In this document: in pieces, positions 17,894-20,000 of the stretch
Layout of the letters: each line of letters opens with the position of its first letter
Position numbering within the stretch: position 1 is the first letter of the stretch
DNA from: Candidatus Aminicenantales bacterium
GTDB taxonomy: Bacteria > Acidobacteriota > Aminicenantia > Aminicenantales > Saccharicenantaceae
Direction: 5' to 3'
Length of the DNA stretch: 20,000 bases
Assembly (NCBI GenBank): GCA_049512315.1
Contig: JBEKXF010000010.1
Location: 112,929-132,928 of the forward strand
Program-made: the position numbers and the translations under genes
Notes under the pieces: model-generated
Database searches by the model: none
Seen by the model: only the letters and a program-made list of their open reading frames with translations
Told to the model about the DNA's origin: nothing

Positions 17894-18288
17894 TTATGAT
17901 ACCCGCTGATCCTGGATCTGCTTAAATATATCGTCCATGATTCGGGAAGTCAACAGAATTTCCCGGTACGAAAGGGGCAAGGGCGTGTTGCCGGAGATCG
18001 AAGCATAGAACGCCGTTATGAGCGTCTTTAGGGCAGCGTCGTTCGGCAGATGGAAGTCCCTTTTTAAAAACTCCCCGAAGTTCCTGCCGAAATTGCCAAG
18101 ATACTGTCTCGCGTAGCTGAACGGGGGGACAAAGTATCTCAAATAGCTCTGGTATTCTTTATTGGCGATTTTAATAACGACCTGGTGATCGTCATCGACG
18201 ATCAACGAATTTTCGGCCCATACAGCCGGAATTGATGTGGAGCAGGGCTGATCTGGGAGGAAAAAGTGAAGTAGGCGGTCGTCGCATC
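17894..18288 (-). pseudogene. Gfo/Idh/MocA oxidoreductase remnant: C-terminal third only, with a frameshift
   Basis: DATTAYFTFSSQISPAPHQFRLYGPK, then a frameshift at the T4 run 18210-18213, then SLIVDDDHQ...YQSYLRYFVPP...EILLTSRIMDDIFKQI. Aligns with the C-terminus of 6714-7862 (TTAFFLFTTQ..LRLYG..YKSYLRYFFAP..EILRTSRIMENIFEQM). Similarity stops upstream of 18288. Confidence 0.85.
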
Positions 18289-18521
18289 CGAACAGAATTT
18301 ATGTGTTGGAAGATGAAAACAGGCAAGTTCCCCACCCAGTCTTATCGAGGGTTACCTCAATATAAAAATCGGTTAGCCATAATCTGCTTGAAATACCCTT
18401 CCCAATCCTCTTTGGGGGTGAGCACCAGCATCCAGATCGGGTCGACTCACTCTTACAGGAAACAATGAGAGATCAATTTGCTCTATTCTCGAAACCCGAT
18501 CAGGGGAGGGAGGAATTAACG

Positions 18522-20000
18522 ATGGAAAGACGTTCAAGCCGTTCCCCTGGTTATGTAATGATTTTTTCGTGTTTGTTGTTACTTGCTATTTGCTTTCTAA
18601 TGCAGCCTGTTAATATGTGGGCCCAGACTGGATCCTCCAGATTCACCAGTCTCCTTTCCGAAAGCGCCCAGGGGATCCAGGTGGCCTTTGCTTACAGCCC
18701 CACTTATCCAAAGGCAGGGCAGATCGTGCAGTTTGTCGATAACTCCAAAGACAGATTGACCTCCCGGACCTGGGATTTCGGCGATGGGACGACGTCAGTT
18801 GCCCAAAACCCGAGCCACTCCTTTTCGACACCGGGGTTCTACAAGGTGACGCTGACCGGCAGCAACGGTTCCGGATCGAAGAGCTTGGGGCGAACAATCA
18901 GTGTAATGCCCTCCAACGCTGCGGTTTTCACGTTTAGCCCCGCCTCTCCGAGGGCCGGGCAGCTGATACAATTCACAGACGCGACCCCAGGAAGTTCGAC
19001 CTCCTGGAAGTGGCATTTTGGTGACGGGACGACCTCAACCATCAAGAATCCGATCCATGCCTATGGGGTCGCAGCGGCATACAACGTTACTCTGGTTGTC
19101 AGCAATAGTTCCGGTTCCAAGAATACGAGCCAGACCGTCACCGTGGCGTCTTCACCCGCGCTCACTATACTAAGCGTTTCGTTCATTTACAGCCCGGCAT
19201 CACCAAAAGCCGGGCAGACGGTCCAATTCACGGATACATCCACCGGGTCTCCGACGTCCTGGCTATGGAACTTCGGTGACGGCACGACCTCAACCGCCCA
19301 GAACCCGAGCCATTCCTTCACGACAGCGGCCTCCTATACCGTGAGCTTCACAGCAACCGGCAGCTCTGGCTCAAAGAACTCAAGTCAGACAATTACCGTA
19401 TTCCCTGCGCTCGCCGCTTCTTTCACCTATAGCCCAGTCTCACCGGTAGCGGGGCAGGCGGTTCAGTTCACGGATACTTCCACAGGATCTCCGACTTCCT
19501 GGCAGTGGAACTTCGGGGACGGCACGACCTCAACCACCAAGAACCCGAGCCATTCCTTTGTAGCGGCGGCTTCCTTTATAGTGACTCTGACGGCAGCCAA
19601 TAGCACGAGTTCCAAGGCCATAAGCCAGACTGTGACCGTGGCCTCTTTGCTTGCCGCCTTCTTTACTTATAGCCCAACCTCTCCGGTTGCGGGACAAGCC
19701 GTCCAGTTCACTGATACCTCCACGGGGTCCCCGGCATCCTGGCTTTGGAACTTCGGAGACGGCACGACCTCAACGGCACAAAACCCGAGCCACTCTTATG
19801 CGACTGTAGCCTCTTACAATGTGACTCTCACGGTCAGCAATAGCACCGGTTCCAAGAGCGTGAGCCAGGCCATCATTGTTGGGTCAGGAGATGGCTCTAT
19901 AGGGACCTACTGGGTCAGCCCGACTGGGGCGGCAACTTGGGCAAATGCTAAAAGCGCAACCCCCCTTTCTGGAGCCTCCTGTTGCTCTCTATCTACAGCA
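18522..20000 (+). CDS. Secreted protein with signal peptide, 5 PKD domains and the start of a beta-helix domain; runs off the window
   Basis: Not in the ORF track; translated by hand from ATG 18522 (GGAGG RBS): MERRSSRSPGYVMIFSCLLLLAICFLMQPVNMWAQ, five W(D/H/N)FGDGTTS repeats, then TYWVSPTGAATWANAKSATPLSGASCCSLSTA. 493 open codons. Confidence 0.92.
   Translation, partial: MERRSSRSPGYVMIFSCLLLLAICFLMQPVNMWAQTGSSRFTSLLSESAQGIQVAFAYSPTYPKAGQIVQFVDNSKDRLTSRTWDFGDGTTSVAQNPSHSFSTPGFYKVTLTGSNGSGSKSLGRTISVMPSNAAVFTFSPASPRAGQLIQFTDATPGSSTSWKWHFGDGTTSTIKNPIHAYGVAAAYNVTLVVSNSSGSKNTSQTVTVASSPALTILSVSFIYSPASPKAGQTVQFTDTSTGSPTSWLWNFGDGTTSTAQNPSHSFTTAASYTVSFTATGSSGSKNSSQTITVFPALAASFTYSPVSPVAGQAVQFTDTSTGSPTSWQWNFGDGTTSTTKNPSHSFVAAASFIVTLTAANSTSSKAISQTVTVASLLAAFFTYSPTSPVAGQAVQFTDTSTGSPASWLWNFGDGTTSTAQNPSHSYATVASYNVTLTVSNSTGSKSVSQAIIVGSGDGSIGTYWVSPTGAATWANAKSATPLSGASCCSLSTA
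18680..19880 (+). repeat. Five tandem degenerate PKD-coding repeats, period 240 bp (255 bp between units 2 and 3)
   Basis: The FGDGTT-coding sequence recurs near 18781, 19021, 19276, 19516 and 19756; units 3-5 are the most similar. Confidence 0.9.
19923..20000. repeat. 78-bp exact inverted repeat, copy 2 (partner 10521-10598)
   Basis: Exact reverse-complement match that continues to the last base of the window. Confidence 0.95.

Noticed and set aside
18680..19880. Tandem repeats as CRISPR array or DGR template/variable repeats
   Set aside because: They are in-frame, codon-degenerate PKD repeats; there are no spacers, cas genes or reverse transcriptase, and no adenine-specific mismatch pattern was noticed.
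10598..19923. Dedicated site-specific invertase (shufflon) system
   Set aside because: No tyrosine or serine recombinase lies in the window; the only recombination enzyme is an incomplete IS3 transposase.

Overview
Bacterial surface-polysaccharide (Wzx/Wzy-type) locus followed by a heavily rearranged accessory block. Left part: a partial NAD-dependent epimerase (- strand) diverges from a + strand run of Wzy/O-antigen-ligase-like gene, GT2, Wzx flippase and a same-length GT2 paralog. After a promoter and a long structured leader come an epimerase, a Gfo/Idh/MocA oxidoreductase and a GT4. Right part: two divergently oriented secreted PKD-repeat/beta-helix paralogs. The left copy is broken by a deletion/frameshift exactly where it becomes 100% identical to the right copy. 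Between them lie an orfA-less IS3-family element, a 5'-truncated asparagine-synthase-like fragment, a GT2, an N5-(carboxyethyl)ornithine-synthase-like gene followed by a TupA-like ATP-grasp gene, a histidine phosphatase with a catalytically divergent enolase, and a truncated Gfo/Idh/MocA remnant. Best candidates for new biology are the opine-synthase/ATP-grasp module (possible carboxyethyl-amino-acid amidation of polysaccharide) and the atypical enolase/phosphatase pair. All calls come from motif recognition by eye; no database searches or folding computations were run.
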